This document shows positions 1 to 12,653 of a stretch of DNA of 64,000 nt, in pieces. The notes below the pieces were generated by a model, which made no database searches, had not been told where the DNA came from, and saw nothing but the letters and a program-made list of their open reading frames with translations. Position 1 is the stretch's first letter; every line of letters begins with the position of its first letter. The stretch lies in assembly GCA_000320545.1 (NCBI GenBank), contig ADNK01001472.1, forward strand, positions 28,382 through 92,381, in the 5' to 3' direction. Position numbers and translations under genes: made by a program. This stretch comes from Bigelowiella natans CCMP2755 (taxonomy: Eukaryota; Protista; Cercozoa).

Positions 1-158
1 AGCATATTGAGGAGTATGCACGAACAGCACCAACTGGATTGCAATCAAACTATATCTTGTCAATTTCCTTCCATTTAGTTCAATCGCTCCTTCTCCTCCT
101 CATCACCAAGCCTCTTCCCGATTATAAGTAGTAGTAGTAGTGGTAATAGTAGTAGTAG

Positions 159-201
<43 letters not shown>

Positions 202-629
202 TTCTCTCTCTGTCTATTTTTATTATCACTACTTTCTCCTGAGCAGCTTGAGAGGACTAAGACCATAGTTCTTGCCCTCAGCTTCAGAAGCGAATTCCTA
301 TGCATTGTGCGTTGTGCAATTAAAAGGGGGTGGGTTACAGCATCACACACGCACACTGACGCATGTGTTTGTTGTATACCTGAAGCTGCTGATAGACGAC
401 TTCCTTCTCCTTGTGGCCAAATGCCAGACGGCGAATCACTAATTCATCAATAAAACAGCAGCAGCAGCAGCAGCAGTAGGATTCAAAATCATCTAGTATA
501 TGATGGACGGGGGAAGAAGCAAAAACGAAGGAGAAGACACAGCATGTAGCCATAACCGTAATGGTCAGTCACGACTGTTATCAACTTCGCTTGATGCATG
601 CTGTCGTGATCATTATTATCCTCATTCCT

Positions 630-664
<35 letters not shown>

Positions 665-885
665 AAATCGATTTCCGACGAAGATTGCTGCCTCTCTCTC
701 TCTCTCTCTCCCTCTCTTATTACCCATCACTGCACCGCTAAGATGCCATGCGCGGAGACGTGAACGTAGCGGATAAGTTAATACCTTTCGCAAATTATAT
801 CGCCACCATCATTCATTATTCTCATCATCACTATTACGTCATTTGCTCTTGAGGTGCGACAAGAACAAAGGAGAAAGCTGAGAGG

Positions 886-921
<36 letters not shown>

Positions 922-968
922 ATATACATAATAATTAACTTCATGACGTGAGGACATCTTCCCCTATC

Positions 969-1001
<33 letters not shown>

Positions 1002-1151
1002 CGTCTATACCCCTTCATTTGTAGACTCTAGAAGGTATAACCCTCCAATCACTTCAAAGTTTTTGCTACAATAAATATCGAGGAGTAGTGAAATAGTAGT
1101 AGGCGGAAAAACAGAGAAAGAGAAAGAGAGATAGAGAGTAGTGAGACACAA

Positions 1152-1192
<41 letters not shown>

Positions 1193-3045
1193 GTGTGTGC
1201 TCATCATCATCATCATCATCGTCATCATCATCACCATGTCTTTCTTAGTGGATTCAATGGCTTGCTTATTCTTATCTCGATGTGATGGTATCGTCGTACA
1301 AACGTCATTATATAAACTACTACTTTTTGAATTTGGACATGTACTTCGTCACTACGATGCCAACATGATCTGAAAGATGATCATAATGTAATCATGCAAA
1401 AGAGAGAGAGAGAGTAAGTGGGGATTATGCAAGGAAGCGTTGACTACGAATGCGATGGGTGACTCATTGTCCTTGGTTTGTTGTAGTCGAGAGGATGGAG
1501 AAGAACACGATGCCTATCTTCCTAAATAACAATTTTTCGCTAGTGCTCATCATCTGTCCTTCATCTCACCATAATCGCTGCTGAGGACGGTTCTCTGAAG
1601 AGCTGGCAATGCTCCTTTGAAGGGGAAGGAGAGGGAGAAGGGGGGTGGATATGCTACATTATAACTGTTAAATATCAGTTTTGAAGCAATGATATCAACT
1701 AATTAACATGACGATTAACTGTACATTCATCATATAGACGTTTGACACATCATTCATTCCCATCAGCGCACATGGAGAGTAGCATCTTTTGCATACCTTG
1801 CGTTCGAAAGAGCACCACATCTCCTGCAGGGGGGGGGGTAGGGAAGAGAATAGTAAGAATCACCACCACAACTAACATGAGCGATTTTGAAAGTTGAAGT
1901 AGTAGCTGAGCAGTTATGTGTGACGGGAAAAGCAACGACAGCGAGCCCAGCATCATCACTTCTTCTCATAGAAGAAAACAACATTGTATGTAAAAACTTT
2001 TATTTTTCTCTTCCACCTGGTTTGGCGATTCTACTTATTTGCTCCGCTTGTATGCGCTTTCGCTTCGACTCTTTGGAATGATCTAGAAAGGGGAAAAACA
2101 CCATGGAGTGTGTCAATAATTAACTATGTACGTACGTGCACGACGAAGATGATGGGCAACGTGAAAGCACTGGCCATTTAGACTCACCGGATAGAAACCC
2201 CAAAAACTCTAGCACGGCGACATTTGACATTGCCTGGGATTTGTTACATTAAGTTTCACGGTCATTAAGCAGCAGCTAGCACAGCCACATATGGATGGAC
2301 AAACAGACAGCAGTAAATAGCAGCAGCCCTTAAGAATTACTACCTCGGGCAAGGCCAGCAACTGTTGTAGGTAACTTTCAAGACCTTTTTTTCTAGAAGG
2401 GTGCAATAATATGTAAAAAATTATAATCCACACATTGCCCTCTACTAATATTATGCTTGCTCTTCCCTCCATCGCTAATGATCCCCCCCTCCCCAAGTTC
2501 CCTCTTGGCAATTTGCCTATTCTGTAAATACAACCGAGATTCGAGGAAAGCTTCCACCATATTTCCAGTCCATTTTTTCCCTGGCAACTTTGGTTTTTTT
2601 TTCAAGTCGCGATTGAGCTGAGAAAATACAGCGGAGTTGGTGGTGGGAGGTTATAGGTATTCCTCAGAATCGTACGTACGTCCTTTTTTTTAAACATGAA
2701 TCATTCATAGGTGGTTTTTGTTGTATGGGGTTAGTGTGCGTGTTGTGCAGGATGGCACAAGGATGGCACAACACGCACGCGCAAAGTACCTTTTTATTTA
2801 ACATTTCAAATTCACTGTAACGTCGAAAGATAGACCTGATGATGATGACAAGAAGCATGTTAGTTTTTTTGGTCCTTCTTAAGCATAGCAACAACAACGA
2901 AAATTTTACCACGACATGTTCGAGACGGAGATGGTAATCTGATGATAATGCACACATAATAAGAAAGATACACAAAAAAGTAATTTTGAGCGTCGAAAAC
3001 AGCGTTAACTAACGTCGCAGCGATGCTACCATTTGGGTGCACCAT
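1..3045 (-). CDS. PX (Phox) domain protein fused to a permuted papain-like amidase (NlpC/P60, YaeF/YiiX-type) domain; multi-exon, 3' end lies outside the window
   Basis: Spliced exons give SIFRRYSEFEMLNKK / KLPGKKWTGNMVEAFLESR / KKGLESYLQQLLALPE (PX hallmarks RRYSEF, LPxKK, RxxGLExYL). These are followed by GDVVLFRTQG / ALPALQRTVLSSDY / DHVGIVV / LYLLESTNEGV / LTYPLRSRLRAWH / DELVIRRL / EAEGKNYGL, the motif order of permuted NlpC/P60 enzymes. The catalytic Cys exon is not in the window. Start codon uncertain. Confidence 0.75.
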
Positions 3046-4072
3046 TCATCGTCCCACCTCATATGGGCGTAAATTTCTTCTCGAAGTGGAAGCGAGTCCG
3101 GTGCCGTAGTATATGTGCCGCCACGATAACATCTGGAAGAGTTGAAATGTGAGATATACTTGGTGAAGAAGAAGAGAAAGGAAACACAGAGTAACAGGAG
3201 AGAGAGAAAGGGTAGAGGGGGCTGGGGTGTGGGGGGAGGTTTGGATTTCCGACCGGAATTTTTTCCCTGCCCATCTTCATCCACCTTTCCCTGAGTAATA
3301 CAGTTTCATAGCAATTTGATGAAATCGTCTTTTTGTTCCATCAGTTGAACCCCCCCTCAAGAAAGGCACAGAAAAAAATCAATGCATTCTGAAACACCTC
3401 AAGGAGGCCAGGAAAAAATGGATGTCTGGGAGAAAAATGAGATACCTTGGACGCCATGGTCAGCACTCAAGAACAAATCAATTTCCACTACCGGGCCCTT
3501 CCATCATGCACCCCTGTCTGTTAAAAACGAGGTTGTGTCGCCACTCGGAGAGAGGCGATGTGAAGGATCTGTGCCAAAATACTCGAATTACGAAATTTGG
3601 TGGATGAAAAATAGCCTGGAATTTTTTTATGTCTGCCATTGTCATTGTAATTGTTGCCACAGGGTCCGATCACCGGAAATCTGACAATGGCACACGTTGT
3701 TTCAGGACAGTCAACCTGTTTGAGGCACACCCAGCCATGCAATGTCAGCATGTGGTTCATCATCATTGTTCATTGTTCATTGTCAGCAGTGCCAGTGGTG
3801 CATCTTGTTGGAATGTTGGAGAGAACACGAATCTTGAATCTTGAATCATGCATCATGAATGAATCGTGGGGACAAACACTTGCTTGCTTCCAATTGCAGC
3901 TTTGGTTTCTTTCTCTCTTTGGATCCGGAGAAAACACCACTGGTGGCAGTTTCCCGCCTGGCCGTGTGTGCGACCTCTGCTGACCTTGACAGTGATTCTT
4001 TGAAGGCTGAACGGCCAGCGAGCTCGCAGTGACCGCTTCACAACACTTCCTTCGTTCGCACGACGAGTCTGC

Positions 4073-4338
4073 TTGGAACAATGAACAATGAACAATGATG
4101 GTGAACTGCACTTCCAAAGTGTTGCAAGACGTTTGCAGTGTTCGAAATGCAGTGCCTCGAACTGGCTTCAGTGAGGACTGTGTGACTGGCAAACAACTGG
4201 CTGGTTTTTCAAATTGGCATGATTTGGTCATTGTGTTGCAATGACACCAGCGGCAAAACACTGACGGCGCAAGACCTCCACTCTGAACACAAACTTCCTG
4301 AAGGCCATGTCCACATGACGATCTACGTTTGGATCATC
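4073..4338 (-). repeat. Dispersed repeat R1, copy A (retroelement 3'-end-like, (TTCATTG)n tail)
   Basis: Reverse complement aligns over ~260 bp with 55514-55772 and ends in CATCATTGTTCATTGTTCATTG. Confidence 0.85.
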
Positions 4339-4734
4339 CGAGGGGGCCCCCAGCAAAACTCTGGTTTTGGCAGAGTCCGGAGCATCAAAGAACGAAGAGC
4401 AGAAGGAAGAATCTGGGCCCAGAGCCAACCTCATGCGCGAGAGAAGTTTGTTTCTCTCTGCATTCAAGTGAGTGCAATGATGGATGAGGTGGTTGACAGT
4501 TTGAACAACCTCAGCATTGCAAAGAGGACAAACTGAGGAAGAGGGGGGCAGATTGTGAATTTTGGCCCTGCTAGCCTGCTAGCCTGCTTGGTGTCACCAC
4601 TTCTGGACTTGAACACCACACACGTTGCGTCGCCGCCACGTTGAAGCACGTGGTCACATTGCTTCGTGCACGCTGGATTGCCAATGTGTCAATCTCAACT
4701 GTTGCTGGTTTCACACCACCAGACCAGTCCAGCA

Positions 4735-4838
4735 GTCAGCCCTCACTGAAGTCAGTTCGAGGCACTGCGACAATCGCAGCATTGCAAGCTGGTCCAGAAG
4801 TGTCTTGCAACGTGACTGGAAACGTGGTCAATCATCAC
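4735..4838 (+). repeat. Repeat R1, partial copy D (inverted relative to copy A)
   Basis: CCTCACTGAAGTCAGTTCGAGGCACTGC...GTGTCTTGCAAC...TGGAAACG matches the R1 3' part. A tail-only fragment lies at ~3749-3783. Confidence 0.7.
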
Positions 4839-5624
4839 GTTTGTTGCCTGTTTTGTTTGTTTGTCTGTTTGTCTTCGTGTGTTCGTCGTCGACTTTTTTT
4901 TTCGCTTCTTCTCCTGCGTCTTCTCCTTCTTCTTCTTTTCTTCTTCTGTGACGCTGGAAGAAAAAGCGTGTTGCCTCTGGGCTTGAGTCCTCACTGAAAC
5001 ATCTCCACACCTCAGTGGTGCACGTGTCCTCGAAGTGCCGCCAACGCGACCCTCCAGCCCTCCACAGTTCGATGCAACTGGCTAGCTGGGAAGTGAGTGG
5101 CTGCACTTCAGTTGTTCAGTGCCCAGCTCTTTCTCGCTCTGCTAGCTCTGGAGCTAGCTAGCTCTGCACGTGAATTGTGCGACATCATTCATTCTCGAAG
5201 GATCAGCAAAACGCACTCATCCAGCAGCAACGAGCTGAGTTTGCAATGACGAGCAGTCTAGCAGTTGGAGGGCAGTGAAAGGACACGTTGCAGGATGCAC
5301 CAATGCGGAGCGCTGCTGGTGAACAACAACCGTCTAGCTGTGACGACGAAGCTTCGGAATCGAAGCGCACATCATTGACACTATGATTGCGATTGTGAAA
5401 TCTCACGCACGCGCACTGCGCTTGCTGTTCGCATCGATCAACGACTGCTGACGCTGCATGATAGACATGCAATACACAATATGCATCATCTGCAATGCAT
5501 GCATGTGCATCATGCGTGTTCAGGATGCCATTCTGTGCATGCTGGCCTACAGCACATGTCATGCTAACATGTCCATCACACAAACGTGCTTGTCAACATT
5601 TCTTGCACCGAACATGTCGTAGTA

Positions 5625-6993
5625 CTACCACTGAAAATGCACAAACACAGCGTAGAGTTCGATGCTCTTCACGATATCCTCTGGAGTTGGCTTGGCCTTT
5701 TCCTCTGCAACGAGGCACTCCTTGATACCATTGTATAGGGCAAGGAGAATCTCTGCCTCAGAAATGCAGAAACGAGCAGACGGTGAAATATCAACCGTCC
5801 CGTCAACCCCGATAGGAGTGTGCTCTCCCCCAAGACCACGTACAGAAAGACCAAGAGGCTTCAAAATCTTCTTGGCATTCTTATCAGATCCCCCCTTGGT
5901 GAGGTTGGGGAGCTTGATGTGCACCGAAGCTCTCATACCAGTACCGATGTTGGTTGGACAAGATGTGACGACTCCAAACTCTTCAGACTTAGCACATCCA
6001 CCATCTATCAGAGATTCGATGTAGTCGATAGCAGCCTTCAAGCGATCGAAAACCACGTTAAGAAGAGTTCCCTTTGCCATTGCCATAATACGAAGGTGGT
6101 CTTCCTCTCCCACCCAGATGACGAAGCCTCTGTCTGCTGAGATGTAGCATCCGCGACCGAAAGGCCAGTCTCGGGCAATACCAGCATCGAGAAGATACTT
6201 GTCTGCGGACATATCCTTGAACATGATATGATCCTTGACAAGAGAATCATATTCCTTCTTATCGATGAAGCTTGGGTGTCCAGGGGTGATCGAAACATAC
6301 TTTCCACCAAACTTCTCGTCTGCAATAAGCTTATCGAAGACCTTCTGGAGGTCCTTCTCCATCTGGACGCGATCCTCCTTAGTCATGGCACCAGGCAGAG
6401 GAAACTTCTTCAGGTTCCTTCCAGTGCGCACACGCATCGAGAGATTCTCTTTCACTCCAAGCTTCGCAACATCGAGCTTCTGATCCTCAGGTACACCTTC
6501 AAGCTTGGTGATGTCCCAGTTGGTCACATGCTTTGTCTTCGAAAGATCCACCTGGAAATGCAATATAGCGAGGTTCGTCAATCAAACGAGCAGTAAAAGT
6601 AGTAGTAGTTGTATTAGTAGTAGGTACACGAAAAAACAATCCTGTTTGACACAGCCAATCAATATCATTAGTCACGCACACCTTATGATACTTCTGAAGA
6701 GCCGCCTTGAAGAAAGGCTTCAGGGTCTCGTAGTCATCAGGACGACAAGCGTAGCACCCCATGCTAGAGTCAGGGTTTTGAATACCACTGTTCATGCATT
6801 CGAGAAGCTTGGCCTTATTCTCGTCAGAGAGCGAGTCGTAATACTTCCTGTCGAAGCACTGGAGGGTGATGTTATCCGGCCACTTGGGTTTGAGCTCTTC
6901 GATGCTCTTCACGATATCCTCTGGAGTTTGCTTTTCCGTTGTATTCGTCATTTTTGGCTTTTTGCCAGGCCCGCATCCCATTGCAGATCCCAT
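5625..6993 (-). CDS. Phosphagen (ATP:guanidino) kinase, arginine/taurocyamine kinase-like; 2 exons (6993-6682, 6551-5625), 412 aa
   Basis: Motifs NPDSSMGCYA, DWPFGRG, WVGEEDHLRI, CPTNIGTGMRASVH and RGLGGEH. The GT-AG intron at 6681-6552 joins the two ORFs in frame. N-terminus MGSAMGCG looks like an acylation motif. Confidence 0.95.
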
Positions 6994-7542
6994 CTTTCCT
7001 GCTGAAGCAACCTTGAATGGGTTTTGTAGAGGCTAGTGTTCGTAGATCGAACCGAACAAACCCGTGATGCGACAAGGATTTGTGGGCAAAAATTGTTGTT
7101 TTTATCCCATGAATCCTGTTTTTTCGTAGAAACGCCATGGGCTACGAACCTCTATTCGCACTGTTTGTTCGCAACTTACAGCAAAACTAAGCAAAACGAA
7201 CGAACCTCACAAACATGATTTTTTCGCCACATTTACACAAATATCTGTTAACCGGATTTTTACATCAGTAATAGCATTTTTTTGATGTCGTTTGAATCAT
7301 TTTGTGGGATAATATCTAGATCTAGATCTACTTTTCATCGGAATGGTACCTTCGGTACCTTTGCTGTCATCAATGGGTGCTTAATATTTTGATAAAGTTT
7401 TGGCATTTATTTTGTCGTACATAGGAATCCGTCGCATGATTTTACTTTTAAAAATTTTCGTATCTATGACACAATCCCAGGTCGTCTCAACCTAAAATTT
7501 AGAATTTCATGGTTGAAAACGGCAGTTGTATATACTTCAATA

Positions 7543-8218
7543 ATGCATCGCAGTACATGTCTGCGACAATCAAATACGGCAGACTCTCGAAAAAGTGATT
7601 TGCGTCCTCCCCTGTCAGGAGACCACACCTCAAGTCGACGAGGCGTGGAAAGGAAGAACAAAGCACCAAGGAGAGCTCCCTGCCACTCTTTGAACAAAAG
7701 TAAGGAAAATTCTTCATAAAAATCATCACCTTTCGTTGACTTTTAACGCTATGCCGAATGATGACTTAACCATCGATTCGTTCCTCGAATCCGCGAGTAG
7801 CCATTCGTTTCGATCTAGCTATTCCTCCTATCTGCAGCACAGCATGTGGTGAAAAAAACACATTTGCAGCCAGATACCTTGGATCTTCCTTTCTCTTTGA
7901 AATGGTGACGGCACCTCTCGTTATGGGTTTCGTGCTCATTATCGCATTCGTCGTACTAGCGGTCAAACGCGGTCATGTTCAGGTATGTACTCCATTTCGT
8001 TTCAGGAATCTTCAATTAGCTTAATGTCGATATATTTAGGCATGGACTGATATTTTCGTTGGTTCAATTCTTGGGGTCTTATTACTGATAACATCCGTGT
8101 TTGAAATCCTGAGAATATGCCTTCTCCCGCTATCAAAAACAATACTGGTAAGCTCATACCTAAACACCTACATCAATAATTACCCTCCCCCCCCCCCCAA
8201 ACACACACGGAGAGACAC

Positions 8219-8262
<44 letters not shown>

Positions 8263-10060
8263 GCACGTATGCAGGACACACGCTTCTTCTTATACTTTCG
8301 TTTTTTTGTTATGATCCCTTTTGTTCTAGATTCGGCGAAGGCTGATCCCACCTGGTCATGGGCCTCGTAAACACAGGAGAATTGTCATATTTGATGGTAT
8401 CTGTGTCCTCTGCAACCGCTTTGGAGCATTTGTACATGGAAGGTTATCAAAAATGCTTGGCAATTCGATATTAAACATTTAAACCTTAAAGCTAATCTAT
8501 GCTAAGCACGGTTGTGTCTGTATGCTGGCAGACTGATCGATACAGGAGCAGTAGATTGGGTAATCATGCTAGTATATTACATATATTATTATGATTATGG
8601 GGAATGTGAATAAATGCGAGTTGGGGAATAAGATTGTTGTTCTCTTTCTATCCCTCTTCCGTGAAACAACCACTATAGGTTCCATTTCAAGACAAAGACA
8701 ACGAGCACGTGGAGTAATAATATTCAAAAGAAGAGGAGAGGAGTACTTAATATTTTCAATATTTTTCGCCGCTCATCCGTCTTCTCGTTCCCGCAGCAAT
8801 ATTTATTCCTATGTTATCTTTGGCGTTGGCGTTCTTACATCTATTCTTTCGCACATTCCTGTCTCTATCTCTCCTTTTCACTGGTGTTGTCATTCTTACC
8901 CTTGCAGCATTCCTGCTCTGGTGAAGGAGTTCAGCATCAACGAAGCCGACTTACAGGACAGGATATGTGCGATTAGTGGCAACGAAATTCTTTGGGTATG
9001 TGTCGTGCGTCATGGAGGGGGGATTGCAGCTGTTTATATTCCATTTTGTACGAATTCCTCCAGAGCTCGTTCATAACTTCTCTTCTCGTAGACAAATATC
9101 GTTTCTCCAAATATTGTTGTTTTGGGGGTATAACCTTAAGAAGAAAGATGTTTCGAATGGGTTTCCACCCACCACCACCACTAAGGTTTCTTTCTATATT
9201 CTTCCTTTTCAGGGTGCTGATGCCGTAATCGAAGTATGCCAATGGTGGTAATAATATCATTACGTTTGTAGGGAAGTGAAGATAGAGGCGTCAATATTTG
9301 ACCATCTTCATCTCTTCCATCACTACCTTCAACTTTTATTAATTATCTCAGCGTCTGGCCTTACAACTTAGCATCGCTCGGCAAAATTGTTCCTTTTGCC
9401 TTCAGAGATGCAATTTACAGGACGGTAGAGAATGTTCTTATTTGTTCCTTCTAGATAGTTCCCGTTGAGTCTTAGATGTCACTATAGTTAGTGGTTGTGA
9501 TGGTGAGGATGATGATATTCATAGAGGAAAGATGGATGCCCAACGAGTGGTTGTAGTTATACCAAAGATTACTAATACCAACAAACGTATCTCTCCACTC
9601 ACCCCGAGTAGGTGGCAGGAGAGCGATATAAGTGGTTTGGAACGCAGGTAGTCTTTGTTTCAAATTTTCCGTACGTGACTCCAAGCTACAAACATCGATA
9701 ACGATATAAATATTTTTGGTGAGTGATTTGCGTGTGAAATAATGAAATATCAAACATTGAATCAGATCGTAGCCTAAATGTTGGTGCTTTGTAATATGAT
9801 ATAGCCACTCGATGAGAATTTTGCAAAGTATCTCTGCCCATACTACTATATGAACAAGAAGGCCTTCGATGAGAAAGCTCAGGTTCTCTCTTGACAACTG
9901 TGCAATAGTATGATCAATGAGTAATATCAGTCAATTTGTGTTGCAGAAGCGAGCTCTCGAAGCAGAAAAAAGAAGAAAAGAGATTGCAAAGACTATGAAA
10001 ATGGCCGAAGCGGAAGTAGAGAGGAAAGCTGCGCTAAGCAAGAAAGGCAAAACCGAGTGA
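7543..10060 (+). CDS. DCC1-like (DUF393) thiol-disulfide oxidoreductase with N-terminal hydrophobic segments; multi-exon
   Basis: Exon ~8330-8442 gives RIVIFDGICVLCNRFGAFV (DGxCxLC). Later exons give LQDRICAISGNEILW / GADAVIEVCQW / PFAFRDAIYRT, typical of the DCC family. Final exon ends KKGKTE* at 10060. Start uncertain (7543 or 7902). Confidence 0.8.
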
Positions 10061-10893
10061 TTCACAAAGTGCTCATATAGTTCATGAAAATTCAGTGCGC
10101 ATATTCAACAGTATAATTTGGCGGTCAAACGACATGCAATATGAACAAATATGAGGCATCGCCTGCGAGCCGAGAGCTAGTCCCGCTCACGCACGAACGT
10201 AACGTTCAAGCTATGCAGCAAATACATCACTTGCTCGCCATGACTTTTATGCATGATTTGAGTCTACGATAGCTAGGCACCGTCAGCATCGTGCGCTATG
10301 ACACCGGGCCCAATAATCCCATTTGAAGATAATTACGGCCATGTCAACAACATCTAGCTAGATATGAATGCATTTGCGCATCTGCCATCTAACTGAAGCG
10401 GACGTACGGCCTCGATCTGCCAGCGAGCATGTCTAGATGTAACAAGCAGGATCAATATGAGCGCAGCTGCGGCAGTCAAGTAGTAGGTACTGGATGCGTA
10501 AATCCAGCGCACTTAGTGCACATTGCTAGATTGGTGGCCCAGCACGCCTAGCTCCAATGATGTATTCGGATCGGTAGTGGTAATCATTGTTGCCATTGTT
10601 TGTTGTGTCCTAGCCACATGAAGACAATACAGAACTCTTGCATTATTGATCATTTGCTGGCATACTCATGACACCCTAGCACGTACAACAAATGTACTGC
10701 GTCTTTGTGCCGTGCTAGCTTAATGGGAGCGTACATAACGATGGCCACATTATTTGCCACGAGAAAGAGCACACATCAGACTCAATGCACACACATGATT
10801 GTACTAGCTGCGTCTTTGTAGGTCAATACTAGATTCTAAACTCTACTAATCAGAATGTCATCGCTCTGTTCCATTTACGGAGAAAGTAGAGAC

Positions 10894-12433
10894 TTAAGAG
10901 GATGTAGAAATACGAAACACCATCAGTGCCATGTCAAGCGTATAATGTGTCTTCTTGGTGTCACCGGAAGAGACATACGGAAGACGGGTCCACCTACGAT
11001 ACGATGCATATGTTAAATTTCGTGCAATATCGCTCAGTACAATTAACGTTATAAGAGAGCAGAAGAATGCAATGAATTATTATAAAGAAAATAAAACGTA
11101 CGCGTGGTGTCAATACTATGACATAGATGAATATGTAGTAGTTGCAGGAAAAAGCAGTGTAGAAACAGATGATAATATTACAACGGCAATTTGATATAAA
11201 CATCATGTGAGGAACTCATAGCTTCCTGAACCCCCCCCCCCCCTCTCTCTCTCTCTTTCTCTATCTCTCCCCTCATTTCCTTTTCTTTACACATGCATAT
11301 GTACACTCGGAGAAGAAAAATGCACACCTCCGGAGTTCAAGCTCTGGATGCAGCCGCAGGATCGCCTCCAAAATCACCGCTAATCTCATCTCAAACTGGG
11401 GATACTCCACTTCTGTAGGTATCCTGGCGATGTTCAGTGGGGACAAAGGTGCCCGTAACGATGGCTCGCCCCATTTTGAGCCCCTACGTCCCTCAAGTAC
11501 AAGTGGCCGGAACGGCACGACCGAAGCCACCAGAAGCAACCCCCCGGGCTCGATCCGGCTTACCGCCGATTTGAGTAGAAGCTTAGGATAGTCGCATCGG
11601 TCGAGGACATTGAAAAGAGCAGCTACTGAAAACAGTCTCGGGGGAGCGTCGTCGCCATCCTCATTGATTTCATCACTTAGCATCAGCTCGTCGGGTGAAG
11701 ACACCACTCGGAAGCCTTGGGCGCTCAGTACAGTCCTCAGTGACTCTGAGTTCTCGATGCAGACTACATTGCGTCTATCACTAATGCCCAACACTGCTGT
11801 GAGTTTGGAGGTGACGGTGCCCGTACCTGCCCCGATGTCGAGTAGCGTTCGTTGCTGCTGCTGGCGGCCATTAGGTGATGATGAACTATCATCGTCAAGG
11901 GCGATAACATCCTGCAAAACAGCCCGCAGCTGGGCCTCCGAAGCTACATATAGCGTCTTTAAGCCGACGAAGCCAGCTGCTTCGTACTTGTTCCAGCCTA
12001 AGTGTCGCTGCAGCGACCAATATACCTGTTGCTTCACATACATCACTATCTGGCCCCACTTACTAGCTGTTGCCTCGGCCGAATCGGCCAAGAATTTCAT
12101 GAGGCCTGTGTCAGGCGCCGACTGGACGAAGGATCCAGATGATGCGAGATTATTTGCTGCATCGTGGACACCCTCGTCCAATAAGGTTGAATATGTTTCG
12201 CGCTGGGTTGATAACCGTTCCATTTTCACCTTGTAACGCCGATGAGTAACCCGGTCGCCTTTCTTCGGGGCTGGCGCGTGGATCATTAGATGTTGGATGA
12301 TGACGGCTAAAACGATGGTGAATGAGAGAGCAAACGTACTCATGCACATGGTGGCTGGCATGCTGAATATGCAGACTCTCTTTGTCGTCCTACTTCCTCC
12401 TCCTCCTCCTCCTCCCTCGTCGTCGTCTCGCAT
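10894..12433 (-). CDS. METTL9: METTL9/DREV-family protein-histidine methyltransferase; exons 12433-11328 and 10993-10894
   Basis: SAM motif LLDIGAGTG, LFNVLDRCDYP, VVPFRP, and a last exon WTRLPYVSSGD...HYTLDMALMVF matching the METTL9 C-terminus. Confidence 0.88.
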
Positions 12434-12653
12434 TCGTCTTTCGAGGGTGCGATTCCGATCCGATATATAAAACAGAGCTCACGAAATCGTACGTTCATGC
12501 AATTATTTGTTTTTATTATGGTGTTTCCCCCTAATATTGGCCATTATGTTGTCGCAGCATAAAAACCACATACATCTTTGCAGAAACTCAACAATCCTAC
12601 GAATCACTGCCACTCTCCACTCTCTCTCCCCGCATCCAGCGTGGTGCTTGCTA

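Larger units (their letters stand above)
3651..5381. mobile_element. TpA-depleted island 1: degenerate repeat/transposon-derived DNA
   Basis: Only 9 TpA in ~1730 bp (8 in CTAG, 1 CTAC at 4323). Contains several copies or fragments of repeat R1, which is also found at 51990 and 55514. Confidence 0.7.

Noticed and set aside
3651-5381. CpG-methylation decay or classical RIP as the cause of TG/CA richness
   Set aside because: CpG remains common in the islands while TpA is nearly absent. RIP and 5mC deamination would not remove TpA, and RIP increases it.
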